Origin: a virus
DNA: 64,000 nucleotides
IMG/VR virus record: IMGVR_UViG_3300033996_001333
Coordinates: 3,389 to 67,388 of that record
Reading direction: 5' to 3' (one strand)
Shown: piece by piece, positions 1 through 8,428 of the stretch
How the letters are laid out: each line of letters starts with the position of its first letter
Numbering within the stretch: the first letter of the stretch is position 1
Program-made: the position numbers and the translations under genes
The notes under the pieces: model-generated
Told to the model about the DNA's origin: nothing
Seen by the model: the letters and a program-made list of their open reading frames with translations, nothing else
The model's database searches: none

Positions 1-348
1 TGTGACTCGAAGGGGTACTGCTGGTGGGGTAATGAAGCCATAGCTGGAAGTTCGCACCCGGTGTTTTCCTGTAGTTGCTGGAAATACTCTGCCAGGGTTG
101 GGGACGGCAGCCACTGGTTGCCCTACTACGCACTTCCTGTGGTACCTGCTCGCCCCAAGCTCTAAACTGGCACGGGTCACAAATCAGACGGCAAGCAGAC
201 CGACTCCACCTAAAAAGTATGCGAACTTTCTAAAAGTTTTCAGAAAAGTGGGTGGCTTGAGCGTCCCACTCCTCTTTTCACGAGCGTTTCCCCCAAGCTT
301 ACGACACAAATTTTCCAGTACTTAGTCTCTCAGACCCACTCACAAACG

Positions 349-807
349 ATGACCATTCAAACAAGACAAGCAGTTTTTGAAACCAACAGTTCAAGCACTC
401 ACTCACTCAGTATCTCTTCAAGTTCCACAGATCTCCTTGATACTTTGCCCTTGAACGAACAGGGGGAAGTGGTCCTCAATGGGGGCCAGTTTGGCTGGGA
501 AGTGGAAGACTACTCCGATGCGGGCACTAAGGCGAGTTACGCGGCCATTTACGTTTCCGAGTGGTCCGGGGAAAAGAGTGCGGAGTTCAAGGAAGTTCTT
601 GACACAGTGATCAAGCAGCAAACGGGTTGCTCAAACGTTGTATACGATTTATCTACAGACTGGTCTCACCCACGGGAAACATCGTACATCGACCACCAGT
701 CTGTTGAAGGGGGTCAGCTAGACTACTTGTTCGAAGACCCAGAACTTTTGCGACAGTTTATCTTTAACCCTCGCAGTGTCCTTCATACCGACAATGACAA
801 CTACTGA
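349..807 (+). CDS. hypothetical protein
   Basis: 152 aa ORF on + strand. No recognisable motif. Confidence 0.4.
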   Translation: MTIQTRQAVFETNSSSTHSLSISSSSTDLLDTLPLNEQGEVVLNGGQFGWEVEDYSDAGTKASYAAIYVSEWSGEKSAEFKEVLDTVIKQQTGCSNVVYDLSTDWSHPRETSYIDHQSVEGGQLDYLFEDPELLRQFIFNPRSVLHTDNDNY

Positions 808-1690
808 GACAGTCCTTCACGCGTACAAAAACGGTAACTGCAACGTTACTTTGTGGTCTGGCGGCACCAAGACTCGAGAGACTCTGGACGCAGACCACCC
901 TTGGGCAGAACACCCGGAAAGCATTGACATCAAGGTTACAAATTTTTGCGACCTTGCGTGCCCTTACTGCCACGAAAACTCCACTCTCGAAGGAAAGCAC
1001 GGGGATCTGAACCGCTTACTTACAGTTTTGGAGCCTTTACCACCGGGCGTAGAGCTGGCGATTGGGGGCGGGAACCCGCTATCCCACCCTGACCTTATCC
1101 CCTTCCTTCGAGAAGTTCGCAATAAGGGTTTGGTAGCCAATTTGACTGTGAATGAACGGCACCTGGAACCTTACCAGTTTCTTTTAGGGTATCTGAGAAG
1201 GAAGGACTTGGTAAAAGGGGTCGGAGTTTCTGTGACCGGTGCAAACCTGCCCCTGGTAAGACAATTCCTGAAAAACAACCCGCACACCGTGTTTCATGTG
1301 ATTGCTGGTGTGCACTCGCCCAGAGTTCTATCAGACCTAAGCACCCTCCCGAACAGCAAAACTCTTGTGCTTGGGTACAAAACCTTTGGCCGTGGTATCC
1401 AGTTCTACGGTAACAAGACCAAGAAGCTTCTTTCCGAATGGTACCGGGCCATCCCAACTTTCCTTGGAAAGATTCACTTATCGTTCGACAACCTTGCTGT
1501 GGAACAACTAAACATCAGAAGATTGCTCACGAACGAGGGTTGGTCAAAGTTTTACATGGGAGACGACGGTAGCTTCACAATGTACATCGACGCTGTCGAA
1601 GGCACGTACGCAAAAACAAGCAGGAGCAGCGAACGCACTCCGTTCGATAGCACGGACCTACTCACTTACTTCCAAAGTTTGTCCAAGTGA
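776..1690 (+). CDS. radical SAM domain protein
   Basis: CxxxCxxC motif (FCDLACPYCHEN) about 60 aa from the N-terminus, followed by a glycine-rich GGGNP stretch. 304 aa. Confidence 0.6.
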   Translation: MSFIPTMTTTETVLHAYKNGNCNVTLWSGGTKTRETLDADHPWAEHPESIDIKVTNFCDLACPYCHENSTLEGKHGDLNRLLTVLEPLPPGVELAIGGGNPLSHPDLIPFLREVRNKGLVANLTVNERHLEPYQFLLGYLRRKDLVKGVGVSVTGANLPLVRQFLKNNPHTVFHVIAGVHSPRVLSDLSTLPNSKTLVLGYKTFGRGIQFYGNKTKKLLSEWYRAIPTFLGKIHLSFDNLAVEQLNIRRLLTNEGWSKFYMGDDGSFTMYIDAVEGTYAKTSRSSERTPFDSTDLLTYFQSLSK

Positions 1691-1691
1691 A

Positions 1692-1739
1692 GGGACGGTT
1701 TTCCGCCCTTGTTTCTGCGCTGCGGATACGCTAAAGTTA
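1692..1739 (+). promoter_or_regulatory. intergenic hairpin-TATAGT element copy 1 (degenerate)
   Basis: GGGACGGTTTTCCGCCCTTGTTTCTGCGCTGCGGATACGCTAAAGT. GC hairpin plus T-tract plus second inverted repeat plus -10-like box. Confidence 0.5.
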
Positions 1740-1745
1740 TCCTGA

Positions 1746-2150
1746 ATGAAGCAGCAAAACACACAACCAACTCCAACCGACACAAAACAGATGAAAAAAG
1801 CTATTTACAAGTTCTTCTTCGATTGCGGACGAATGGGCGAGCTTGAGGGAATTTTCGTTGCCGAACCTCAAGAAGTCAAAAGGTTGATCGATAGCGGGAA
1901 AGAACTTTACTTCGGTGAAGTTCTCGGAAAGCACAGCGAAATTTCCGGAGTTGTCTCCGTGGAAAATTTCATCTTCGTAACAGATGAGGAAGAAATTGTA
2001 AACTTCTTCGAGATTCACGAGATGGCAACGGGCATTAACCCGCTTAGTTACTTCGAAGAAGAGGGTGCTGAGGATGACATTAATGAAGAGGACAGTGGTG
2101 GCGACGTTCTAAGCGAGGACCATTCTTTTGAGGGCTTCCCGTGGAACTAA
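1746..2150 (+). CDS. hypothetical acidic protein
   Basis: 134 aa with Glu/Asp-rich C-terminus. Follows element copy 1. Confidence 0.45.
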   Translation: MKQQNTQPTPTDTKQMKKAIYKFFFDCGRMGELEGIFVAEPQEVKRLIDSGKELYFGEVLGKHSEISGVVSVENFIFVTDEEEIVNFFEIHEMATGINPLSYFEEEGAEDDINEEDSGGDVLSEDHSFEGFPWN

Positions 2151-2365
2151 TCAACACTAAACTGATCGACAAGCTAAGGTCCGTAGCCTCGAAGCGCCAC
2201 CTTTTAGACCGAATGGACGAGCAGGGGGCATATGACTTTGACCTGAGCAACATAGACAGGGTGGACGACGCCTTTGACAGTGGATGCAAAGTCGGAGAGA
2301 TTTATTTTGCACGAGAACTTTGCACACTATTACGCATAGAGTACACAATTGAGTCCGACGACTGA
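2141..2365 (+). CDS. hypothetical protein
   Basis: 74 aa ORF. Start overlaps the upstream stop. Confidence 0.4.
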   Translation: MELINTKLIDKLRSVASKRHLLDRMDEQGAYDFDLSNIDRVDDAFDSGCKVGEIYFARELCTLLRIEYTIESDD

Positions 2366-2379
2366 CTTACTGACCCCCA

Positions 2380-2730
2380 ATGAGCAAACCCCAAACAACC
2401 TTCAGCAACCTCTTAAGCAAACTTCAAGGGCTTAGCCTCAAGCAAACTGGTTACTGGGTTGACGACCTTCCGGAAGACATCTACGAAAACTTCTTCTACG
2501 ACACCAACTACGAAGTTGTGGCTAGGGACTTAGACCTTGATAGGCACAGGTGGTACGAAATTTCCACAGAAGTGATCAAGATTCACGGGTCTTTCCTTGG
2601 AATACGCCAAGTTACCCATATGAAGAACGAAAACGACAGTGTCGGAGACGCTAGCTTCGTGTATCAATTCTTTGAAATGCAGGAGAAAACAGTGACTTCC
2701 TACGAAAAGGTGCCAGGCAAATGCCCTTAA
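2380..2730 (+). CDS. hypothetical protein
   Basis: 116 aa ORF. Confidence 0.45.
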   Translation: MSKPQTTFSNLLSKLQGLSLKQTGYWVDDLPEDIYENFFYDTNYEVVARDLDLDRHRWYEISTEVIKIHGSFLGIRQVTHMKNENDSVGDASFVYQFFEMQEKTVTSYEKVPGKCP

Positions 2731-3065
2731 TTTACGTCTCGGCACCTTACAACGACCGCGACCCTACTGTTGTAAAGTTTCGTATGAACGCGGTGACTTA
2801 CGAACTCGCACACCTTGCATCGAAAGGGTTAGTGGCATTCTCGCCGTTGCTTATGCACTTTGCCCTGAGTTCAGGTATCGACTTGCCTACCGACTACAAA
2901 TTCTGGGAAAACCAGTGCCTAACGCTGCTGAGTAAGTCCGACGAGCTCTACGTCTTAACCTTACCTGGTTGGTGTGAGTCCACTGGAGTTCAGTCCGAGA
3001 TCTCTTTCGCACAGCTAAAGGGATTACCTTTCTCTCTCCACATTCCTGCGCTTCTAGGCGGTTAA
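2721..3065 (+). CDS. hypothetical protein
   Basis: 114 aa ORF overlapping the upstream gene by 10 nt. Confidence 0.45.
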   Translation: MPLIYVSAPYNDRDPTVVKFRMNAVTYELAHLASKGLVAFSPLLMHFALSSGIDLPTDYKFWENQCLTLLSKSDELYVLTLPGWCESTGVQSEISFAQLKGLPFSLHIPALLGG

Positions 3066-3130
3066 CCGTTTGCTCGGGGACGGTTTCCCGGCTTGGTTTC
3101 TCGAAAAGAAAGGGCTATAATACCTATAGC
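3061..3130 (+). promoter_or_regulatory. intergenic hairpin-TATAAT element copy 2
   Basis: GTTAACCGTTTGCTCGGGGACGGTTTCCCGGCTTGG...GGGCTATAATACCTATAGCCC. Double motif plus -10-like box. Confidence 0.55.
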
Positions 3131-3138
3131 CCAAACAA

Positions 3139-3154
3139 CCCCCCCCCCCCCCCC
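3139..3154 (+). repeat. C16 homopolymer tract in the EF-Ts leader
   Basis: 16 consecutive C between the -10-like box and the ATG at 3162. No SD sequence. Confidence 0.9.
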
Positions 3155-3161
3155 AAGTAAC

Positions 3162-3770
3162 ATGTCTTCCACCCCTCCAACAATCCTACAAGTTAAGTCC
3201 CTGCGAGAAAAGACCGGTGCGGGCCTGATTCTCTGCAAAGAAGCACTCATTTTTTCTGACAGTGATGAGGCCGGTGCGATCACGTGGCTGCGGCAGAAAG
3301 GAGTCGCCCTGGCTGACGGCAAGATCGGTCGGAGCGCACGAGAAGGTACTGTGGGCAGCTACATTCACACTGGCGGTAAGGTTGGAGTCCTTATCGAGGT
3401 CAACTGCGAAACGGACTTTGTGGCCAAGTCCGAACCCTTTCAGGAACTTGTTCGAAATCTTTCGATGCAAATTGCAGCGTGCCCCTCTGTGTGCCACGTT
3501 TCAATCTTTGATATCCCTGAGGAGACTCTCCTTGAGGAGACTCGGATTGAGTCCGGAAAGGCAGACCTTGCGAAGAAGCCCGAGGCAATTCGAAACAAGA
3601 TCGTTGAGGGTCGTGTGGCAAAGCGATTCAGAGAGCTGTCTCTCATGGACCAGCCCTACATCAAAGACAACTCAATGAGTATCGAAACATACGTGAAGAA
3701 CTTCGCTGCAATAGTTGGCGAAAACATCGTTGTGAAGCGATTCGTACGTTTTGTCCTCGGCAGCTCTTGA
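3162..3770 (+). CDS. tsf: translation elongation factor Ts (EF-Ts) homolog
   Basis: LREKTGAGLILCKEAL matches the EF-Ts N-terminal UBA-like motif (LRERTGAGMMDCKKAL). GKVGVLIEVNCETDFVAKSEPFQ matches the EF-Ts core (ILEVNCQTDFVAK). The C-terminus matches KPExI..KIVEGR...LSLLxQPFI. The track ORF 3093 has an N-terminal extension through the poly-C tract that is probably not translated. Confidence 0.8.
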   Translation: MSSTPPTILQVKSLREKTGAGLILCKEALIFSDSDEAGAITWLRQKGVALADGKIGRSAREGTVGSYIHTGGKVGVLIEVNCETDFVAKSEPFQELVRNLSMQIAACPSVCHVSIFDIPEETLLEETRIESGKADLAKKPEAIRNKIVEGRVAKRFRELSLMDQPYIKDNSMSIETYVKNFAAIVGENIVVKRFVRFVLGSS

Positions 3771-3784
3771 GTCTCCTTAAACAA

Positions 3785-4051
3785 ATGTGGTGCCCAGCCC
3801 TTTTACCATTGTGGATGCGAATGCCCCTGCCTCCGAGGGGCAAAAGACTCGAAGAGCTTCGAGCTGAGACCCTAGCCCTGAAGGAGGAAGAACTTTCCCT
3901 GAAGGAGGAAGAACTTTCCTACCGAGAAGACACACTGAGGCTAAGAGCCGAAGAGCTGAGGCTAAGAGCCCAGACCCTGGCCCTTAAAGAGCTGGGGCTT
4001 GAAATTGAGTTAAACGAGTTAAACGAGTTGAAACAACCCCGAAAACAATGA
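3785..4051 (+). CDS. coiled-coil protein with internal tandem repeats
   Basis: Repeats EELSLKEEELS and LRLRAEELRLRAQ. The DNA has a 21-bp tandem duplication at 3878-3921 and 3x GAGTTAAAC at 4008-4035. Confidence 0.4.
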   Translation: MWCPALLPLWMRMPLPPRGKRLEELRAETLALKEEELSLKEEELSYREDTLRLRAEELRLRAQTLALKELGLEIELNELNELKQPRKQ

Positions 4052-4260
4052 ACATCGAACTTGCAACACCTGGAACACGAGTAGCCTACGTCCCACTTCA
4101 TGCCTCAGGATGCCTAGACCACTTTGACGTTGAGTACGGCACGGTATCCTCTCACAATGGTAAGAATGTTTTCGTAAAGTTCAACGAGGCAGTGTCCCGT
4201 TTTGGGTGGGACGGGGCTACATCTCAGGCTTGTGACCCTGCCGATTTAGTAAAGGTTTGA
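4048..4260 (+). CDS. hypothetical protein
   Basis: 70 aa. Start overlaps the upstream stop (ATGA). Confidence 0.4.
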   Translation: MNIELATPGTRVAYVPLHASGCLDHFDVEYGTVSSHNGKNVFVKFNEAVSRFGWDGATSQACDPADLVKV

Positions 4261-4354
4261 CCGATTAGCCCTTAGCGGGTTTCCCTGTCTTGTTCACGTT
4301 ACAAACACCCGCTACACTTAGTTATCATACTCCGAAAACAACCTGAGCTTAAGC

Positions 4355-4612
4355 ATGGACAAGCCTTTCCTCTTGATTGCCGGTGATCATTACTACCCTT
4401 CACAAGGGTCAGAAGATTGGATAGCTCGTTTTGAAACTGTGAGCGAGGCTAGAGAGCAAATCGAGTACGTTGATTGTCCACGATTCTTCAAGTCTGGCCC
4501 CATGAAAGGCCAACTAAAAAGCAACAACATAACCTACCGAATTAAGTGCAGCAAAGACCCAGACCAGGAGTACGACTGGTACGAGATTGTTGACGTAAGG
4601 GACTGGGATTGA
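4355..4612 (+). CDS. hypothetical protein
   Basis: 85 aa ORF. Confidence 0.45.
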   Translation: MDKPFLLIAGDHYYPSQGSEDWIARFETVSEAREQIEYVDCPRFFKSGPMKGQLKSNNITYRIKCSKDPDQEYDWYEIVDVRDWD

Positions 4613-4654
4613 AAACCGCTAGTAACACACGTAGACAAACCAGTAACTGGAAAA

Positions 4655-5797
4655 ATGACAATTACACGAAAAGAAATTGAAGACGGGATGATCCTGTTTT
4701 GCAAGTCAGGCAGCCACGCCTATGGCCTCAACACCGAGATGTCCGACTTGGACTTTAAGGGAATCTGTGTGGCGCCACAGCGGTTTTACACCACTCTCGA
4801 AACATTTGAGCAAAAGGATAAGGGGTGGGTAGGGGAGCAACAAGACGAGGGTGAGTTCAACTCTAGATTCCCTGAGTTAGATAACTCGGATTCAGTGGTG
4901 TACGGCATTCGCAGGTACCTGAGCTTGTTGCGGTCGCAAAACCCCAACATTTTGGAGATGCTCTGGCAGACTCCCGACAGCTACCTGTACCTTGACTTTC
5001 TGGGGCAGTCGCTAATTGACAACCGGAGGAAGCTAATTTCCAGGAGAATCTCTGGCACATTCGTTCAGTACGCAAGGTCCCAGATCAAGAAAATGGAGAC
5101 TCACCGCAAATGGCTCTTAAACCCTCCAACACGGCGACCGGAGTGGGAGGACTACGGTGTCTCTTCCCCGAGCTTAACCCCGTCTCAAATCGAGTCTTTC
5201 ATCGAGTACTTGTACTTGCTGATTAAAGACAGAATCGAGTACTACCAACCTTCAGTCGAGCTGTACGAGCTTCTCAACGACCGTGTTGATTGGAAAGGAA
5301 TTTTGAAGCAGAGTGTCTTACCGGAGGAGTGCTTCAATGAAACACAGAAAATCACGAGAGCAAGCGATGAGTACATGGCCCTTCTCCACTCAAGCCAACA
5401 GTACCGGTCAGATTTAAAACGGTGGAGTAATTACCAAGATTGGTTGACTAATCGGAATGTGAAGCGATCCGAAATTGAGCGGGCCTGTGGGTACGACGGG
5501 AAGAACGCCAGCCACTGTGTTCGACTTATGAAAATGGCCATTGAGGGAATGCGAACCGGAGAGCTTCTTGTGAATAGAAAGTTGGTTGGGGACGCAGATT
5601 TTCTTCTGGACATTAAGTACGGCAGGATTACGTATGACGAACTAAGCACAATTGTAACTCAGCTCTTTAAGGAGGCTGAGCACGTGGGGAAGAACGAGTG
5701 CGTCTTGCCGAACACGGTAGATGACCAACTCATCAACACTCTCTGTGCTGAGACTGTGGAAAAATTTCAAAGTCTCGGTTGTATTGAGAACCGGTGA
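4655..5797 (+). CDS. pol-beta-type nucleotidyltransferase (PF10127/RlaP-like)
   Basis: Near the N-terminus, GSHAYGLNTEMSDLDFKG matches the GS...DxD nucleotidyltransferase motif. 380 aa. Confidence 0.55.
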   Translation: MTITRKEIEDGMILFCKSGSHAYGLNTEMSDLDFKGICVAPQRFYTTLETFEQKDKGWVGEQQDEGEFNSRFPELDNSDSVVYGIRRYLSLLRSQNPNILEMLWQTPDSYLYLDFLGQSLIDNRRKLISRRISGTFVQYARSQIKKMETHRKWLLNPPTRRPEWEDYGVSSPSLTPSQIESFIEYLYLLIKDRIEYYQPSVELYELLNDRVDWKGILKQSVLPEECFNETQKITRASDEYMALLHSSQQYRSDLKRWSNYQDWLTNRNVKRSEIERACGYDGKNASHCVRLMKMAIEGMRTGELLVNRKLVGDADFLLDIKYGRITYDELSTIVTQLFKEAEHVGKNECVLPNTVDDQLINTLCAETVEKFQSLGCIENR

Positions 5798-6306
5798 GCG
5801 CAAGGGTAACATTTTCTGTGCGAATGCATACTACTCCCATGACAATTGAGACCGAAGCCGTCGAAAAAATTGAGTTGGTTTTCTCGCACATAAAAAACGT
5901 GCAAAGGAGCTGTTACAAGCTTGGCCTGAAGCTAATGAAACGCGGCGACATTGAGCTGGGGCGCAACTTAATCGCAAACGGGCAGATCCATGACAATTCA
6001 AAGTTTAAGGGAATTGAGTTTGCACACCTTTTTCATTCAGACCCCTTGCTGTCCGAAGTCGTAAAACACCATCAGTCAGTGAACCCGCACCACCCTGAAT
6101 ACTGGGGGAGCATTCACGACATGCCCAAAGTTTACGTCGCGGAGATGGTTTGCGATTGGTACGCAAGGTCCACCGAGTTCGGAACAGGAGTGAGAGAGTG
6201 GATTGACGACAAGGCAACCGAAAAGTTCGCCTTTACAGTTGAAGATCCCATCTACGCGACCATACAGGAAATGCTATCGTTACTCCTTGAGCCTTCCTTC
6301 GCCTGA
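5794..6306 (+). CDS. hypothetical protein, possibly HD-like
   Basis: GTG start overlapping the upstream stop. The His/Asp-rich region HSDP...HHQSVNPHHPEY is only a weak match. Confidence 0.35.
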   Translation: MSARVTFSVRMHTTPMTIETEAVEKIELVFSHIKNVQRSCYKLGLKLMKRGDIELGRNLIANGQIHDNSKFKGIEFAHLFHSDPLLSEVVKHHQSVNPHHPEYWGSIHDMPKVYVAEMVCDWYARSTEFGTGVREWIDDKATEKFAFTVEDPIYATIQEMLSLLLEPSFA

Positions 6307-6333
6307 CTCCTGCAATTTCTTGGCTAAACCAGA

Positions 6334-6398
6334 GGCGGTTAACCGCTTGCTCCGGGGCGGTTTCCCGGCTTGCTTCTGCTCGGCAGAAACGGTATAGT
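6334..6398 (+). promoter_or_regulatory. intergenic element copy 3 (double motif)
   Basis: GGCGGTTAACCGCTTGCTCCGGGGCGGTTTCCCGGCTTGCTTCTGCTCGGCAGAAACGGTATAGT. Confidence 0.6.
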
Positions 6399-6414
6399 AT
6401 TTACATGAGCAGCG

Positions 6415-6693
6415 GTGCTCAGACACTTAGCCCTCAACTCAGGAGATCCAATGGACTTTCAGGAATTTGTCGAATGGGCTTCTAACCAGCCTCAGACCCA
6501 GGGTATTCGGTGGGGTCAGCACCTTGTTAACCAGCTCATGAAGCTGAGCCCCACGGCTTATAGCCGAGTCCCAGAGGACCTAGACCCCTTCTACAGCGAC
6601 ACTCTTGTCCCAGGGTTCCTGGCCTTCCTGGGCGATAACTGGGGGAGTCTTACCACTCCGCTGTACCACCCTGAGATGGAGGAATGCGCTTAG
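6415..6693 (+). CDS. hypothetical protein
   Basis: 92 aa ORF downstream of element copy 3. Confidence 0.45.
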   Translation: MLRHLALNSGDPMDFQEFVEWASNQPQTQGIRWGQHLVNQLMKLSPTAYSRVPEDLDPFYSDTLVPGFLAFLGDNWGSLTTPLYHPEMEECA

Positions 6694-6869
6694 TCCCCCG
6701 GTCAAACAAAGCCAGGGCAGCCCTGGAAAAGTCTATGGGCGGTGACAGCGCCGTTCGGCTGGAAAAACGCACTGGCAACAAAGTACTTGTCTCTTCCAAG
6801 AGTGGGTACTGCGTGTGGGTCGACCTTTCGGGAGACCCGAACTGGGATCTTGTCCTTTAATCCTGCCCC

Positions 6870-7169
6870 ATGAAGTTTATACTGAGTTTAACCCTCTGCG
6901 CTCTATGCTTGTTTTCTTCGGCACAACCTGCTTTCGCCTACCACCCGGAAGGGTGGAGACCTTTCTGGTCAAAGGACGCCCAGAGAGTCACAGAGGAAAA
7001 CTGCAAGTTAGTCGCTGGAGCACAAAGTGTTGGGACACAAACTTGGGAGTTTCTCTACAAGTGCCCCAACGGTGACTCCTTCTGGTCCGAGGTTCTCATT
7101 CCATTCAACCCCACACTGCTTACTCCGCCCTTCTCATCAAATGGAAAAGCGTCACCAGACTCAGACTGA
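6870..7169 (+). CDS. small secreted protein
   Basis: N-terminal signal peptide MKFILSLTLCALCLFSSAQPAFA. 99 aa. Confidence 0.45.
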   Translation: MKFILSLTLCALCLFSSAQPAFAYHPEGWRPFWSKDAQRVTEENCKLVAGAQSVGTQTWEFLYKCPNGDSFWSEVLIPFNPTLLTPPFSSNGKASPDSD

Positions 7170-7356
7170 AGTCCCCTCGCAGACCTTGGGAGACCCCATA
7201 GCCCTGAGTAGCACAGTTGTGGATGGCCTCTGGATCCTGATAATTTTGGCACTATCCCTCTCTGCTCTATTCAGGGTCTCCCGAAGCAGGGTCTTTCGCC
7301 AGAAGTCCCGGTTTTGACTACACTAAAAACACTCTCCGGTAACTCCCGCAAAGTCC

Positions 7357-7542
7357 ATGGAACTCTATCGTAGTCTCACAGCTGAAGAAGAGGACTCTTT
7401 TCGTAGCTGGGCCAGGGAAAACTACGTCCCGTTTTCTGAGATAAAAGGATTCTGGCACCCTTCTGTGCAAGCAGAGTGTGTGCTGATAAACTCTCAAGCT
7501 GGCCAAGATTTCTCCACATCGGCTCTACTGAAGGAGTTTTGA
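7357..7542 (+). CDS. hypothetical protein
   Basis: 61 aa ORF. Confidence 0.35.
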   Translation: MELYRSLTAEEEDSFRSWARENYVPFSEIKGFWHPSVQAECVLINSQAGQDFSTSALLKEF

Positions 7543-7589
7543 CGGCATGCTCCGGTTTACTTTCACTTAGCACTAACTACACTGTTAAA

Positions 7590-7847
7590 ATGAGGCAATC
7601 CAGCCAACCCGACCCCCAGCTCACTCTGATGATCGAAGTTGATGACCTGCTTATGAAGTACCGAAAAGAGATACTCGAAACGAAGCAGGTTATCCCTTGG
7701 GCGGGTACGAAGGTTGGACCCTGCTACGCTGTTCCCCAGGACCAAATTGTAGGTGGGTTTGAGGGGCTGAAGAAAGAGCTTTTGGCGCTTTTAGTACGAA
7801 AATACGACGTGAAACCGATACTTACGGGGCTTGCCGCTCATGATTGA
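7590..7847 (+). CDS. hypothetical protein
   Basis: Internal ATG of track ORF 7476..7847. Coding-like composition. Confidence 0.4.
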   Translation: MRQSSQPDPQLTLMIEVDDLLMKYRKEILETKQVIPWAGTKVGPCYAVPQDQIVGGFEGLKKELLALLVRKYDVKPILTGLAAHD

Positions 7848-8037
7848 AGGGGACCTTGAAAAGTTGGTAGAAAATAGAGACATTCTGAGCTACTCTTACT
7901 CGGAGGTTAAAGGCTGCCAGGGTTCACATGGCGGAGAATACCTGCAACTCATTTTACCGTCCGGAGCTTGCATAGGGATAGGCTCCTGGTCAACACCCAC
8001 CCCTGAAACGAGTGGGCTAAGCATAGAAGTTTATTAG
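7831..8037 (+). CDS. hypothetical protein
   Basis: 68 aa ORF ending just before the ncRNA region. Confidence 0.35.
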   Translation: MPLMIEGDLEKLVENRDILSYSYSEVKGCQGSHGGEYLQLILPSGACIGIGSWSTPTPETSGLSIEVY

Positions 8038-8039
8038 GC

Positions 8040-8400
8040 GGACAGTCCTACCACACGACATTAAACTGGGTGTAGCTCTGGAAGATAGTGCCCTATACAG
8101 GGGTTCGAATCCCCTCACCTCCATTTGAGAACGTGACCGTCCCTTCTTCAACCTTCCGACTTACTGAGAAGGCAGGGTCACTGTGGGTTAAACTCCCACC
8201 TCTAGTCAAGGGGGTGCCATGGTCTCGCTAGGGTAAAGATGTCGCCTGAGTGAAAGCCGCTTGCATAAGCACAAAATAGACGCTAACAACATCGTCAAAT
8301 TCGAGAGGATTGCCGTTGCCGTTTGAGCAACCGCACTCTGACTCATAACTCGGGGGTTTCGGCCCCCTTACACCGCCAACTTTCCTAGCCAAAACAGCAC
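8040..8400 (+). ncRNA. ssrA: tmRNA (ssrA), circularly permuted two-piece type
   Basis: ORF-free 390-nt region. Acceptor piece: T-arm AGGGGTTCGAATCCCCT plus 3' acceptor strand CACCTCC at 8099-8123. Coding piece: GGGGGTGCCATGGTCTCGCTAGGG at 8210 resembles the tmRNA 5' end GGGGCUG.AAUGGUUUCGACG, and pairs with the 3' strand including a G3-U wobble. The tag ORF at 8282-8326, GCT AAC AAC ATC GTC AAA TTC GAG AGG ATT GCC GTT GCC GTT TGA, encodes (A)ANNIVKFERIAVAV*. Compare the Synechocystis tag ANNIVPFARKAAPVAA. Confidence 0.65.
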
Positions 8401-8428
8401 CCTACACTCCAACCCACGCTGAAACACT

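Noticed and set aside
3093-3161. N-terminal extension of EF-Ts from the ATG at 3093 through the poly-C tract (translated as PPPPP).
   Set aside because: The extension starts inside the conserved intergenic element and has no similarity to EF-Ts. The ATG at 3162 precedes the conserved N-terminal motif directly.
4263-4330. A possible extra copy of the intergenic element (CTTAGCGGGTTTCCCTGTCTTGTT...CACTTAGTTATCAT).
   Set aside because: Only the GCGGGTTTCCC core and a weak TTATCAT box are recognisable. The second hairpin and the CGSTATAGT box are absent. It is too degenerate to count.
8099-8123. Stand-alone tRNA at 8040-8125 (T-arm GGTTCGAATCC plus acceptor).
   Set aside because: No 5' acceptor strand or D-arm exists upstream. 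The complementary GGGGGTG strand lies 85 nt downstream, followed by a tmRNA-like 5' domain and tag ORF. It is interpreted as the acceptor piece of a permuted tmRNA.
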